From positions 1 through 11,237 of the forward strand of contig JAWBAI010000014.1 in assembly GCA_038816475.1 (NCBI GenBank): a DNA stretch of 11,237 nucleotides, written 5' to 3'. Source of the stretch: Desulfurococcaceae archaeon (GTDB lineage: Archaea; Thermoproteota; Thermoprotei_A; Sulfolobales; Desulfurococcaceae). Shown one piece after another: positions 1-8,451 of the stretch. How positions within the stretch are numbered: the stretch's first letter is position 1; every line of letters begins with the position of its first letter. The notes under the pieces were generated by a model that ran no database searches, was not told the DNA's origin, and worked only from the letters and a program-made list of their open reading frames with translations. Made by a program: the position numbers and the translations under genes.

Positions 1-932
1 ACGAACCAGCCACCAATCTCGGGTAGTATTTCGACAACAGCTTCAACAGGTACACCTGCTTGCAAAAGCTGGTAGGATACTATGAGACCAACGTTACCGG
101 AGCCCACGACTAGGGCTCTATCCCCTGGCTTAACACCGAACTCGTTCATTATGGTTTGTGCTCCGCCAGCACCTATAACACCGGGTAGATCGTTGTTGGG
201 GAAATCTATGAACCTTTCTTGAGCACCCGTTGCAACTAGTAGTGCTCTGGGTTTAATCAAGTAGTGCGTGTTCTCGCTCGCTACACCTACGATCCCCCCT
301 CTGAAAACTCCGTAGGCAATGGAGCTTGTGAGTATTCTAACGTTGGGCATCTTGATCAATTTTCTTGCGTACTCCTCAGCTATTTGAAATCCGCGTAATC
401 CACCAAACAACTCAACGTTACCAAAGAACTTGTGAGTTTGCTTGAGGAGCTGACCTCCGAGCTTAAAGTGCTCATCTACGAGAACTACACTAAGACCGCT
501 GCTGGCAGCTTCGAGAGCAGCAGCTAGTCCAGCTGGTCCTCCACCAACTATCAGCAGATCTGCTTCGAGCTTCTCGCTACTGACATCTTGTTCAACGCTT
601 GTGGATGCTTCAACTGGTAGTCTTCCCCAGCCACGTTGCCTCTCAATAACCAGTCCCTCCCTAACTGGCATTCTACACGTTCTAACATTGGGCACACAGT
701 TCACAGTCATGAAGCAACTACTGCATTTACCTATCATGCAGAAAGGTCCTCTGGGTCTTCCCAGCTTAGGGCTCCACGAGTAAACATCTACACCGATAGC
801 GTACAGCGCAACAGCAACACTCTCTCCTTCATAGGCTTCAACGGGTTCTCCTTCAAAGTACATTACGACCCTTCTTCCTCTATGAAAGGTCAGAATAGGG
901 TGTTCATATATACGCCTATCCGTGAATGGCGA
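1..932 (-). CDS. FAD/NAD(P)-dependent oxidoreductase with N-terminal [2Fe-2S] domain (sarcosine oxidase alpha / dye-linked L-proline dehydrogenase-complex subunit-like); 3' end runs off the window
   Basis: Not in the ORF track. Manual translation gives RIYEHPILTFHRGRRVVMYFEGEPVEAYEGESVAVAL..RPRGPFCMIGKCSSCFMTVNCVPNVRTC (2Fe-2S), DLLIVGGGPAGLAAA (Rossmann), LGGQLLKQTHKFFG, ATGAQERFIDFPNNDLPGV, VVGSGNVGL and EILPEIGGWF. The frame is open from the TGA at 941-939 to the window edge. First in-frame ATG is at 863, but homology extends further upstream and a GGTGA RBS at 943-939 points to codon 932-930 (TCG). Start is uncertain. Confidence 0.9.
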
Positions 933-938
933 TTTGCA

Positions 939-985
939 TCACCTTTACGCCATAAGCTATTAATACCATGAAGGTAAAAATTTAC
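939..985 (-). promoter_or_regulatory. Putative promoter/leader of the oxidoreductase (TATA-like TTTTTAC, TTATG, GGTGA RBS)
   Basis: Minus strand GTAAATTTTTACC (985-973), TTATG about 25 nt downstream (955-951), GGTGA at 943-939. Same layout as upstream of the subtilase. Confidence 0.45.
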
Positions 986-1302
986 AAGCAATGGTAGATG
1001 AGGTAAAAACACCATGGAGCAAATGGTAAAAGATATCTGTCTGAGTAGAATTCTACGTGCTTACCCCTAGCTGGTTATATGGAAAAATCCTCACTCTGGT
1101 AAAATCTCACTCGATGTAACCTTATAGGTCAAGTATAAATTATTATAATCAAAAACAATGTTCTACGAGGGCGTCAATATGAACCTTAAAAACCTTAACA
1201 TAATAGAGTAGAGGTTTCAAGGAACATAACAGTAGACATTACATATGCTTGAACTCTGTATTTAAAGCTTAAACTCGAGATATTCTGCATCGAAGTTCTG
1301 CT

Positions 1303-2301
1303 TCAAACTCTCTTATTATTGGTGGCGTCGACGGTGTTCTTAAGTCTTAAGAACGTCGCTGTTACTTGACCTTGAATACAGATAGCCCACATAGTGTTCA
1401 TCACACTCATGTGTGATGTTAAAGAAGCTGATATTATCCCGGCTACGCCGCCCAAACTTATCTTCTTTCTTACTGCTTCAAGCCAGACTACATAGGATAT
1501 TAAAGCCGTTGAGCCAAAGGTGGTTGCAAGACTCGATGCAAAGAACAACCTATCGTACCACATTATTCTATCAACGTAGAATTTCCATTTCTTGAGAACA
1601 CGATAGAGATCATCGAGTCTTCTATTTTCATAAATGTAATCCCTAATTAGTACTATGCTGTAGGAGTAAGCTTCTCGTTCAAAAGCCCTAACTCGCATTA
1701 TTTTTTTAAGATACAACTCGGTGTACATCAGGTATGGTGTGAGAGATGCCACTAGCAAAGGTAGTACAGCCTGTCCGAGACTATACACCGTGATCAGCGC
1801 TGTTATACCAGTGAAGATGTTTGGCAGTAGCGTTGTTAAAACACCATTCATGTTCCACACAACGAAGTCTACATCGTTAGCTACTATGCCTACAAGGTTC
1901 TCCTTGTTATCCGTGTTGTTATTAGCACTCATCAGTATTCTTTCTTTTAAGGATATAATACCATGAGAAAGCTTTTCGAAGTATAGCATGAGTGCAACCT
2001 CTGTAGACCCAAATACAACACCAGAAAGACCGAAAAACGCTACTCCATTGAACAATTTAGAGAGCTCACCATTCTCTTCCATGTACTCTCTCAATCCTTC
2101 GACAATGTACGTTATACCGTATGGTACAAGAAACCCGTTAACAAATCCTCTTGCAAGAAACGTTGAGACTAAAATAGGAAATCCTACTACTGAGAAACTT
2201 CTCACGCTTTTATTTATGAAAAACACCACCTCTACGATTTCTCTGAGCTCGCGAACAAGCTCCATCCTTGGTAGCTTTGGTTTTACTACGTTACGAAGCA
2301 A
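1303..2301 (-). CDS. ABC exporter transmembrane-domain-only protein (ABC_membrane-like, about 6 TM, no nucleotide-binding domain)
   Basis: 332-aa ORF with TTG start and GGGAG RBS at 2311-2307. Hydrophobic segments plus exporter-like motifs LKERIL..ENLVGIVANDVDFV, ISLGGVAGII and a terminal TATFLRL. No Walker A/B or LSGGQ. Confidence 0.75.
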   Translation of the reverse strand: MLRNVVKPKLPRMELVRELREIVEVVFFINKSVRSFSVVGFPILVSTFLARGFVNGFLVPYGITYIVEGLREYMEENGELSKLFNGVAFFGLSGVVFGSTEVALMLYFEKLSHGIISLKERILMSANNNTDNKENLVGIVANDVDFVVWNMNGVLTTLLPNIFTGITALITVYSLGQAVLPLLVASLTPYLMYTELYLKKIMRVRAFEREAYSYSIVLIRDYIYENRRLDDLYRVLKKWKFYVDRIMWYDRLFFASSLATTFGSTALISYVVWLEAVRKKISLGGVAGIISASLTSHMSVMNTMWAICIQGQVTATFLRLKNTVDATNNKRV

Positions 2302-2449
2302 TAATGCTCCCTAGATCTGAATAAACAGCGTACAATATGTTTAAAAGTAAGATACTACTTGAAAGTTCCATGGAGGAGTGTAAAGTAGAGATAGGTCTAG
2401 CACTAATTAAAAAGCTGTTGTTAATGCATTGGTGTTTCAAAGGTCATTC

Positions 2450-2490
2450 TTATAACTGTTTTAGAAATTATGGCGTGTAGGGTGCTTAAA
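2450..2490 (+). promoter_or_regulatory. Putative TATA box and RBS of the ABC-2 operon
   Basis: TTATAA at 2450-2455, TTATG at 2468-2472, GGGTG at 2480-2484 six nt before ATG 2491. Confidence 0.45.
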
Positions 2491-3435
2491 ATGAAGTCCA
2501 TAGCTGTTGAAGCTGTAAACTTTACCAAGAAGTTCGGGCACTTCACAGCTGTTGACAACTTGAACTTAGCCATATACGAGAACGAGATATTCGGCTTGCT
2601 GGGTCCCAACGGCTCAGGTAAAACAACTACTCTTCTAACAATAGCAACCGTATATAAGCCTACTAGTGGAGACATCTACATCTATGGTCATAGTGTTACC
2701 AAAGAAGACTACATTGTGAGAAAGCTTGTTGGAATAGCGTTTCAGGAGCCGAAGGCCATGTGGATCGATAAGCCATACGAGCTACTGCTATGGCACGCTA
2801 GGATTGTAGGATACTCTGCTAGCGATGCCAAGAGAGTTGTAAAAGAGGTGATGGAAACCCTGGGGTTGTGGGAGCACCGGAATAAGCAGTTCTACCAGTT
2901 GAGTGGGGGAACAAGAAAGAAGGTAGAGTTAGCCAAGGTTCTCATACAGAAACCCCGTGTAGCAATACTGGATGAGCCTACCGCGCAGGTAGATGTTCTC
3001 TCGAAGCACGCTTTATGGGATACCATTAAGAAGCTCAGAGAAGATGGAACAACGGTGATCATAGCAACTAATGACATGTTTGAAGCTGAAAAGGTCTGCG
3101 AGAGAATAGCGATAATATACAGAGGGAAACTACGAGCACTTGGTACAATAGATGAGCTTAAAGACTCTATCCCAAGGGGGGATGTTATAGAAGTGCAGTT
3201 TGATGGAAGCAGATTACCAGATAAGCTACAGTACGAACTCGGAGAACTCGGGAGAGTCGAGGTGTCAGCGGGCATCATCAGGATTTACCTTGAGAAAGGC
3301 GAAGAAAAGGTAGTAGACGTCGTTGAAACTTTCAGGAGAAACAACGTCAGAGTACTCAGAGTAATGGTCAAAGAGCCAACTCTCGACGATGTATTCACCT
3401 ACATTACTGGGGCGAGGCTACGTGAAGAATTCTAG
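2491..3435 (+). CDS. ABC-2 type (DrrA-like) transporter ATP-binding protein
   Basis: Walker A GPNGSGKTT, Q-loop FQEP, signature LSGGT, Walker B ILDEPT, C-terminal EPTLDDVF typical of DrrA-like ATPases. ATG 2491 is preferred over 2470 because of the RBS. H-loop reads IIATND. Confidence 0.95.
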   Translation: MKSIAVEAVNFTKKFGHFTAVDNLNLAIYENEIFGLLGPNGSGKTTTLLTIATVYKPTSGDIYIYGHSVTKEDYIVRKLVGIAFQEPKAMWIDKPYELLLWHARIVGYSASDAKRVVKEVMETLGLWEHRNKQFYQLSGGTRKKVELAKVLIQKPRVAILDEPTAQVDVLSKHALWDTIKKLREDGTTVIIATNDMFEAEKVCERIAIIYRGKLRALGTIDELKDSIPRGDVIEVQFDGSRLPDKLQYELGELGRVEVSAGIIRIYLEKGEEKVVDVVETFRRNNVRVLRVMVKEPTLDDVFTYITGARLREEF

Positions 3436-4246
3436 TCTCAGAGAAAACGTTAGAATGTTGCTTCTTGTTGCTTTGTGGGATTTAACGAAGCTTAAAAACC
3501 AGAAGATATTCCTAGCTATGCGTGTAACCTGGTTTACCATACAGGTACTGGTTTTTGCAAGAGTTATCTCGCACATTGTTAGCCGGGTTGTCGTAGATTA
3601 CACTGGTGGAGTAGACTACTACTACTTCTACCTCATTGGTGTGTACACATCATTACTCTATTCGACTAGCATTTCGCGGGGATACATAATAGCAGAGGAG
3701 TTTGATGATGGAATAGTAGAGTATCACCTGTCTCTACCCATCAAGAGAAGCGTGTTCGCTGTTGGCAGAGTTCTCGGATGCGGTTTGTCGACAGTTATAT
3801 TCACTTTACCCATGATGGTTCTAGTCTTCATAGTTCTAGGGTCCGTCAGTGTACTCACAGCGCTCATATCTGTAATAGCAGCACTGGTGTTCTCCATGGG
3901 TGTTGTTAGTTTTGTTCTGCTACTGGTGTTTTCGATAAGATCAACCGATTTAACAGACATACTCATAGGAGCAATAGACGCTATGCTTATAAGGTTAAGC
4001 ACGGTTTTCTACCCGTTACCCGCTATAGAAGCTACAGGTATAGCACCCTACTACGTAGTGGCATTAATGAATCCAATAACTCATCTGTCGGATTTCCTCA
4101 GGATCATCGTGTTCCCCGAATACTACCTGGTCTTCAGACACGGACTAGTACCCACGGTTGTCTTCCTACTAGCATTTTCCATGGGTCTCCTTGTTATCGC
4201 GATAGAGTACTACGAGAAAAAGCTAGAAGCAGGTGGCTGGAAGTGA
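3422..4246 (+). CDS. ABC-2 type transporter permease
   Basis: Multi-pass hydrophobic protein with EEFDDGIVEYHLSLPIKR, LSTVFYP and NPITH motifs. GTG 3422 (GAGG at 3414-3417) overlaps the ATPase end. The ORF track start 3389 is less likely. Confidence 0.92.
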   Translation: MKNSSLRENVRMLLLVALWDLTKLKNQKIFLAMRVTWFTIQVLVFARVISHIVSRVVVDYTGGVDYYYFYLIGVYTSLLYSTSISRGYIIAEEFDDGIVEYHLSLPIKRSVFAVGRVLGCGLSTVIFTLPMMVLVFIVLGSVSVLTALISVIAALVFSMGVVSFVLLLVFSIRSTDLTDILIGAIDAMLIRLSTVFYPLPAIEATGIAPYYVVALMNPITHLSDFLRIIVFPEYYLVFRHGLVPTVVFLLAFSMGLLVIAIEYYEKKLEAGGWK

Positions 4247-5022
4247 GCTTAGCTTTGGAAAACTGGTTTAGAAGGGTTTTACTGGTCGCATTGAGGGACC
4301 TCAACAGGTTTTGGCACAACATATACTGGCTCGCCGGGCAAGTTGCGATGAACATAGCCGACCTCGTCATATTCGCTGTGATATTCCGCGGTCTCGTGAA
4401 CCCTGCTCTAATTCCGGACTACGTAAGGTTCATAACACCAGGTGTACTCTGTCTTTCAATATTCATATCAGCATTCAGCATTGGTAGGGAGGTTGGTGTT
4501 GAGCTTAGGAGAGAGGTTACTCAGTACCTCGTATCTCTACCAATTACCCGCAGAGCTCTTGTAGCTGGGAGGATCGTGGGTGGAATTCTACGAGGGTTCA
4601 TGTACCAGGCTGGTTTCATAATCCTAGCTACTATACTCATGGGTGTTCCTAGTATAGATAAGTGGTTCTTGATCTTCATTGCTTCTCTACTGCTGGCAAC
4701 AATCATGTCAAGCTTATCAATAACACTATCTACTTTAACCAGAGACTTCAATCTGCAAGCTGCAGTAAGGTCTCTTGTATACTTCGTATTCTTCTTTGTT
4801 TCAAACGTTTTCTACCCTGAAGCAGCACTAGCAGCTCGACTAGGGCCAGCAGCTCCTCTAGCCTACTACTCGCCGATGAGCATGGCTGTAAACATATACA
4901 GGTACGGCTTTAACTACACCGCATCCGTTGATATAGTATTTAACTTAGCTGGGCTTGTGATCTGGACGGTAATCTCGCTAATCCTCGCGTTTAAAATCTA
5001 CATTAAAAACCTTACCAGGTAA
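4243..5022 (+). CDS. ABC-2 type transporter permease (second subunit)
   Basis: DYVRFITPG, YLVSLPITR, SNVFYP and SPMS motifs. GTGA start/stop overlap with the upstream permease indicates translational coupling. Confidence 0.92.
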   Translation: MSLALENWFRRVLLVALRDLNRFWHNIYWLAGQVAMNIADLVIFAVIFRGLVNPALIPDYVRFITPGVLCLSIFISAFSIGREVGVELRREVTQYLVSLPITRRALVAGRIVGGILRGFMYQAGFIILATILMGVPSIDKWFLIFIASLLLATIMSSLSITLSTLTRDFNLQAAVRSLVYFVFFFVSNVFYPEAALAARLGPAAPLAYYSPMSMAVNIYRYGFNYTASVDIVFNLAGLVIWTVISLILAFKIYIKNLTR

Positions 5023-5313
5023 CGAGAAAGCTCGGGTCAAGGAGGGATACTACATCGTAGCTGATACCGTGAAAACAAATATTGTCGGCTTGTTTCCTGA
5101 ACAACCCATTGAGGAGTGCGAACTGTTTTCTGCAGGGGAAATGATGAAGGAACTTGGTACTAATACATAACATTGGGTAAGCGCGCATTCACGGTTTCAG
5201 TACAATGCAAGTCTGCTGAAGCATACTACGTGCTAATGAATAGTTGCGCATTCATATCGCTTAACTCGGGTAAAAGTTTTACGTGGAACCATGGTTTAAA
5301 TAAAGCATGGTGC

Positions 5314-8300
5314 ATGAATTTGAGGTTACGCGATGTCGAGAGAAGAGCTTTCGATATACTAGCTTCCTCAATTCTTCGTAGCACGGAGGTGTCCAATTGG
5401 CTGTACAATGGGGAGATGATCAAGCTACCATTCTACACCGAGACGAGCCCGGATAGAGTTCACGTATTTGTAACCGAAGTGAACGTTCCCCCGACAGAAC
5501 ACACGTGGTTTTTGAAATTCCTGATAAGCGGTAATGCTCTTCTCAAGGTGGACAACGAGTCATATGCTGGAGTAGACGAAATGCATACCTATGTCCCGAT
5601 ACATCCGGGTAAGCACGTCCTTGAGCTTAGGGTATCCCCAAGAACCCTATTTGGTGTACACGGGTGGAAGTTGGCGTTCGAGAACGCTTACCTAATCGAG
5701 GTCAATACATTTGTTTTCAACGTTGGGTTTCTCGTTCTGAGCATCTTAAGGTTCATAGAGGCTCTTCCAAGAGATGACAGCTTGCGCAGGGACCTCGAAG
5801 AGCTACTACAGAAGTCCTTACTAACAACTCGGCTAAACCCGTCACTAAGTCAAATAGCAATGCTACAAGTACTTCTCTACGAATCAGGCTATAAAGCTAC
5901 AAGAGCGGATTTACCGAGAATGTACGGAGATTACGCGTGGTTAACGTACACGTATGGAACAGGAGTATTAAAGAAGCACCTGGAAGACACGCCCTACTCG
6001 AGTAGGTTTGATGCTACTGAAGAAGCTAAGAGAATTCACCGCTTAATTAGAGAAGAACTGGAGAAACTCAAGGAGAAGTACCCAAAGGTTGGACTACTCT
6101 ACATAGCAGGGCATAGTCACATAGATGCTGCTTGGTTGTGGCCTAAGAATGAAACCATCGAGAAGGTTCTCAGAACATTCTCAACAATAACCAGGCATGC
6201 CGAAAGCTACGATTTCGTCTATGTTCAGAGCTCAGCACAGTACTACGAGTGGGTTGAGGAAAAAGACCCTGCTCTCTTCGAGAAGATCAAAAAACTCGTT
6301 GAACAAGGTAAATGGATAGTTGCTGGTGGTATGTGGATCGAAAGTGACACGAATCTCGTTGAAGGAGAGTGTCTTGCTAGACAATTCCTATATGGTCAAC
6401 GCTACTTCCTCGAGAAGTTCGGAAAAACCCCTAAAATAGGCTGGTTACCCGATAGCTTCGGCTTTTCAGGTAACTTACCTCAGATCATGAAGAAGAGTGG
6501 TATAGAGGTCTTCGTAACGCACAAGGTTATGTGGAACGATACAAACGAGTTTCCTTATCACTCGTTCAAATGGAGAGGGATCGATGGAACGATCGTACCT
6601 GTCCAAGTGCTGATCACGAGCTACGGTGAGTCATTAACACCGGACTCCGTGTACAGGTACTGGATTAAGTACAAGGAGAAGAACACTGTTCCATTCACGG
6701 TTTACGCTTATGGTTACAGCGATGGTGGTGGAGGACCAACGAGGGAGATGCTTGAACTGGTGAGCTTGATCAACATGCTACCAGGTTTACCAAGCCTCAG
6801 GAATATCGTTGAGGACGAGTATGTTGAAATGATCAAGAGATATACTGACAAGATGAGCGTGTGGAGCGGAGAGCTCTACCCAGAGTTTCACCGAGGTACC
6901 TTCACAACCAATGTAGCAGTAAAGAATGCCATGGTGAACGCAGAGGTTGCTCTCATAACGGCTGAAGCCTTTGCTAGCGCTGCATCCGCGGTTAAGGGTG
7001 TACTCGTTGATACAGTTGAATTCCATAAGCTGTGGAAACTACTACTCTTTAACCAATTCCACGACATAATACCAGGCTCGTCGATCAAAGAGGTATACGA
7101 TGATGCTATCAGAGAACTAGAGCATGTTGCAAACCGCTCGCAGAGGATCATCGAAGAGGTACTGGGTGGAATCACTAGAAGAAGCGTAGGGCAAAGAACG
7201 ATTGCTGTGGTGAACCTTCATCCATGGGTTCTCAGCTTCGTGGCTAAGTTGCCCAAGAACGCTGGTGTACCTGCTGACGTTGAGTGTCAGGAAACCGAGG
7301 ATGGCTACTACGTGGTTCTAAGGGCTCAACCTCTGGGTTTAACAGTCTACAATCTTGTGAGCGATGTCTGCGAAGCCAAGAGTGATGGTGTAAGTGTGGA
7401 GCGAACTAGTAAGGGGATTATCATGGAGAACGAGTTTGTGAGACTGATGGTTGATGAGAATGGTAACATAGCGTCATTAGTGCTTAAACACGGAAACATC
7501 GAGCTACTGAGAGAACCAGCGAAGATAGTAGTTCATGTGGATAAACCCGGTGTTTTCGACGCGTGGGAGGTTACAAGTGATTTCCTTGTGCAAGGCTTGG
7601 AAATGAGCATCGCGGAAAAACCCAGAGTCGTTGTTGAGGGTCCACTCGTTTCCTGCATCAGGTTCTCCAAGAGCTTCGAAGAATCATTAGTGGAGCAAAC
7701 TCTATGCCTCTACAAGGACAGTCCAGTTGTTGAGATCAGGAGTAGATTGAAATGGAGTAGTAAGGGTGTTCTCGTGAAGCACTGGTTTAAGACAACCATC
7801 GACGCCGTACGAGCGCACTTCGACATACCGTTTGGTGTTATTGAGAGGTCAACGAGGTTTGAAACAAGCTGGGAGAAAGCGATGTTCGAAGCTCCAGCCT
7901 TAAGGTGGGTTGATGTTTCAGATGGTACGAAGGGTTTTGCTATAGTCGCGTCATCCAGGCATGGGTACTCGGTGATCAAAGGCGACGTGTCGCTTTCACT
8001 GATAAGATCACCCGTTTTCCCCAATCCCTGGAGTGATATTGGTGTTTTCGACATCACGTACTACTTGTACCCGCACGAAGGTGACTACGAGAAAGCCGAG
8101 GTTCCGAGAATCGCGCGTGAACTAGTGTTCAAACCGGTGGTTAAGCTCGTTGAAGGGGTTCTCGAGGGCTTCTCGGCGATAACAGTTACGCCGCCTCATG
8201 CTATGCTTGCAGCCTTAAAGTACTCTCACAGCGGTGATGCCTTCGTGCTGAGGTTTTACAACCCGTATCCTAGAGACATAAAAGTTAAAGTGAAACTAGG

Positions 8301-8451
8301 TTTTTCAGCCAGCAGGGTCGTTGAAACAAACATCGTGGAGCTGGAAGAAACAGGTGTTCTAGTCGAGCATACAGACGAGTTCGAACTGCACTTACTACCA
8401 TTCGAAGTAAAGTCTCTAAAGATCGAACCTCGGTTCTCCGCGGTAAGATAA
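5314..8451 (+). CDS. Alpha-mannosidase, glycoside hydrolase family 38 (cytoplasmic type)
   Basis: GHSHIDAAWLW (metal ligands), GWLPDSFG (nucleophile Asp, codon 6451-6453), GYSDGGGGP, FHRGTFT, NQFHDIIPGS. No signal peptide. Start is probably ATG 5314 or TTG 5320 (GGTG at 5309-5312) rather than 5173. Confidence 0.96.
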   Translation: MNLRLRDVERRAFDILASSILRSTEVSNWLYNGEMIKLPFYTETSPDRVHVFVTEVNVPPTEHTWFLKFLISGNALLKVDNESYAGVDEMHTYVPIHPGKHVLELRVSPRTLFGVHGWKLAFENAYLIEVNTFVFNVGFLVLSILRFIEALPRDDSLRRDLEELLQKSLLTTRLNPSLSQIAMLQVLLYESGYKATRADLPRMYGDYAWLTYTYGTGVLKKHLEDTPYSSRFDATEEAKRIHRLIREELEKLKEKYPKVGLLYIAGHSHIDAAWLWPKNETIEKVLRTFSTITRHAESYDFVYVQSSAQYYEWVEEKDPALFEKIKKLVEQGKWIVAGGMWIESDTNLVEGECLARQFLYGQRYFLEKFGKTPKIGWLPDSFGFSGNLPQIMKKSGIEVFVTHKVMWNDTNEFPYHSFKWRGIDGTIVPVQVLITSYGESLTPDSVYRYWIKYKEKNTVPFTVYAYGYSDGGGGPTREMLELVSLINMLPGLPSLRNIVEDEYVEMIKRYTDKMSVWSGELYPEFHRGTFTTNVAVKNAMVNAEVALITAEAFASAASAVKGVLVDTVEFHKLWKLLLFNQFHDIIPGSSIKEVYDDAIRELEHVANRSQRIIEEVLGGITRRSVGQRTIAVVNLHPWVLSFVAKLPKNAGVPADVECQETEDGYYVVLRAQPLGLTVYNLVSDVCEAKSDGVSVERTSKGIIMENEFVRLMVDENGNIASLVLKHGNIELLREPAKIVVHVDKPGVFDAWEVTSDFLVQGLEMSIAEKPRVVVEGPLVSCIRFSKSFEESLVEQTLCLYKDSPVVEIRSRLKWSSKGVLVKHWFKTTIDAVRAHFDIPFGVIERSTRFETSWEKAMFEAPALRWVDVSDGTKGFAIVASSRHGYSVIKGDVSLSLIRSPVFPNPWSDIGVFDITYYLYPHEGDYEKAEVPRIARELVFKPVVKLVEGVLEGFSAITVTPPHAMLAALKYSHSGDAFVLRFYNPYPRDIKVKVKLGFSASRVVETNIVELEETGVLVEHTDEFELHLLPFEVKSLKIEPRFSAVR

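Noticed and set aside
601-971. Plus-strand ORFs 601..783 and 636..971
   Set aside because: Antisense shadows of the minus-strand oxidoreductase, with no recognisable motifs.
1056-1068. GGTAAGCACG (minus strand) as a frameshifted Walker A GKST relic
   Set aside because: About twice the expected distance from the putative A-loop and requires indels.
960-1300. Short repeats as a CRISPR array or IS ends
   Set aside because: Repeats are only 7-16 nt and irregularly spaced, with no cas or transposase gene and no target-site duplication.
1413-2314. Plus-strand ORFs 1413..1595, 1721..1966 and 1988..2314
   Set aside because: Antisense to the TMD gene, with composition typical of shadow frames.
5141-5219. 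Possible box C/D sRNA (ATGATGA at 5141-5147, CTGA at 5216-5219)
   Set aside because: 79 nt is long for archaeal C/D guides, there is no convincing C' box, and no rRNA/tRNA complement was recognised. A snoscan run would settle it.
5173-5313. 47-aa N-terminal extension of the mannosidase in the ORF track
   Set aside because: No RBS at the TTG, atypical composition, and the segment contains the likely promoter elements.
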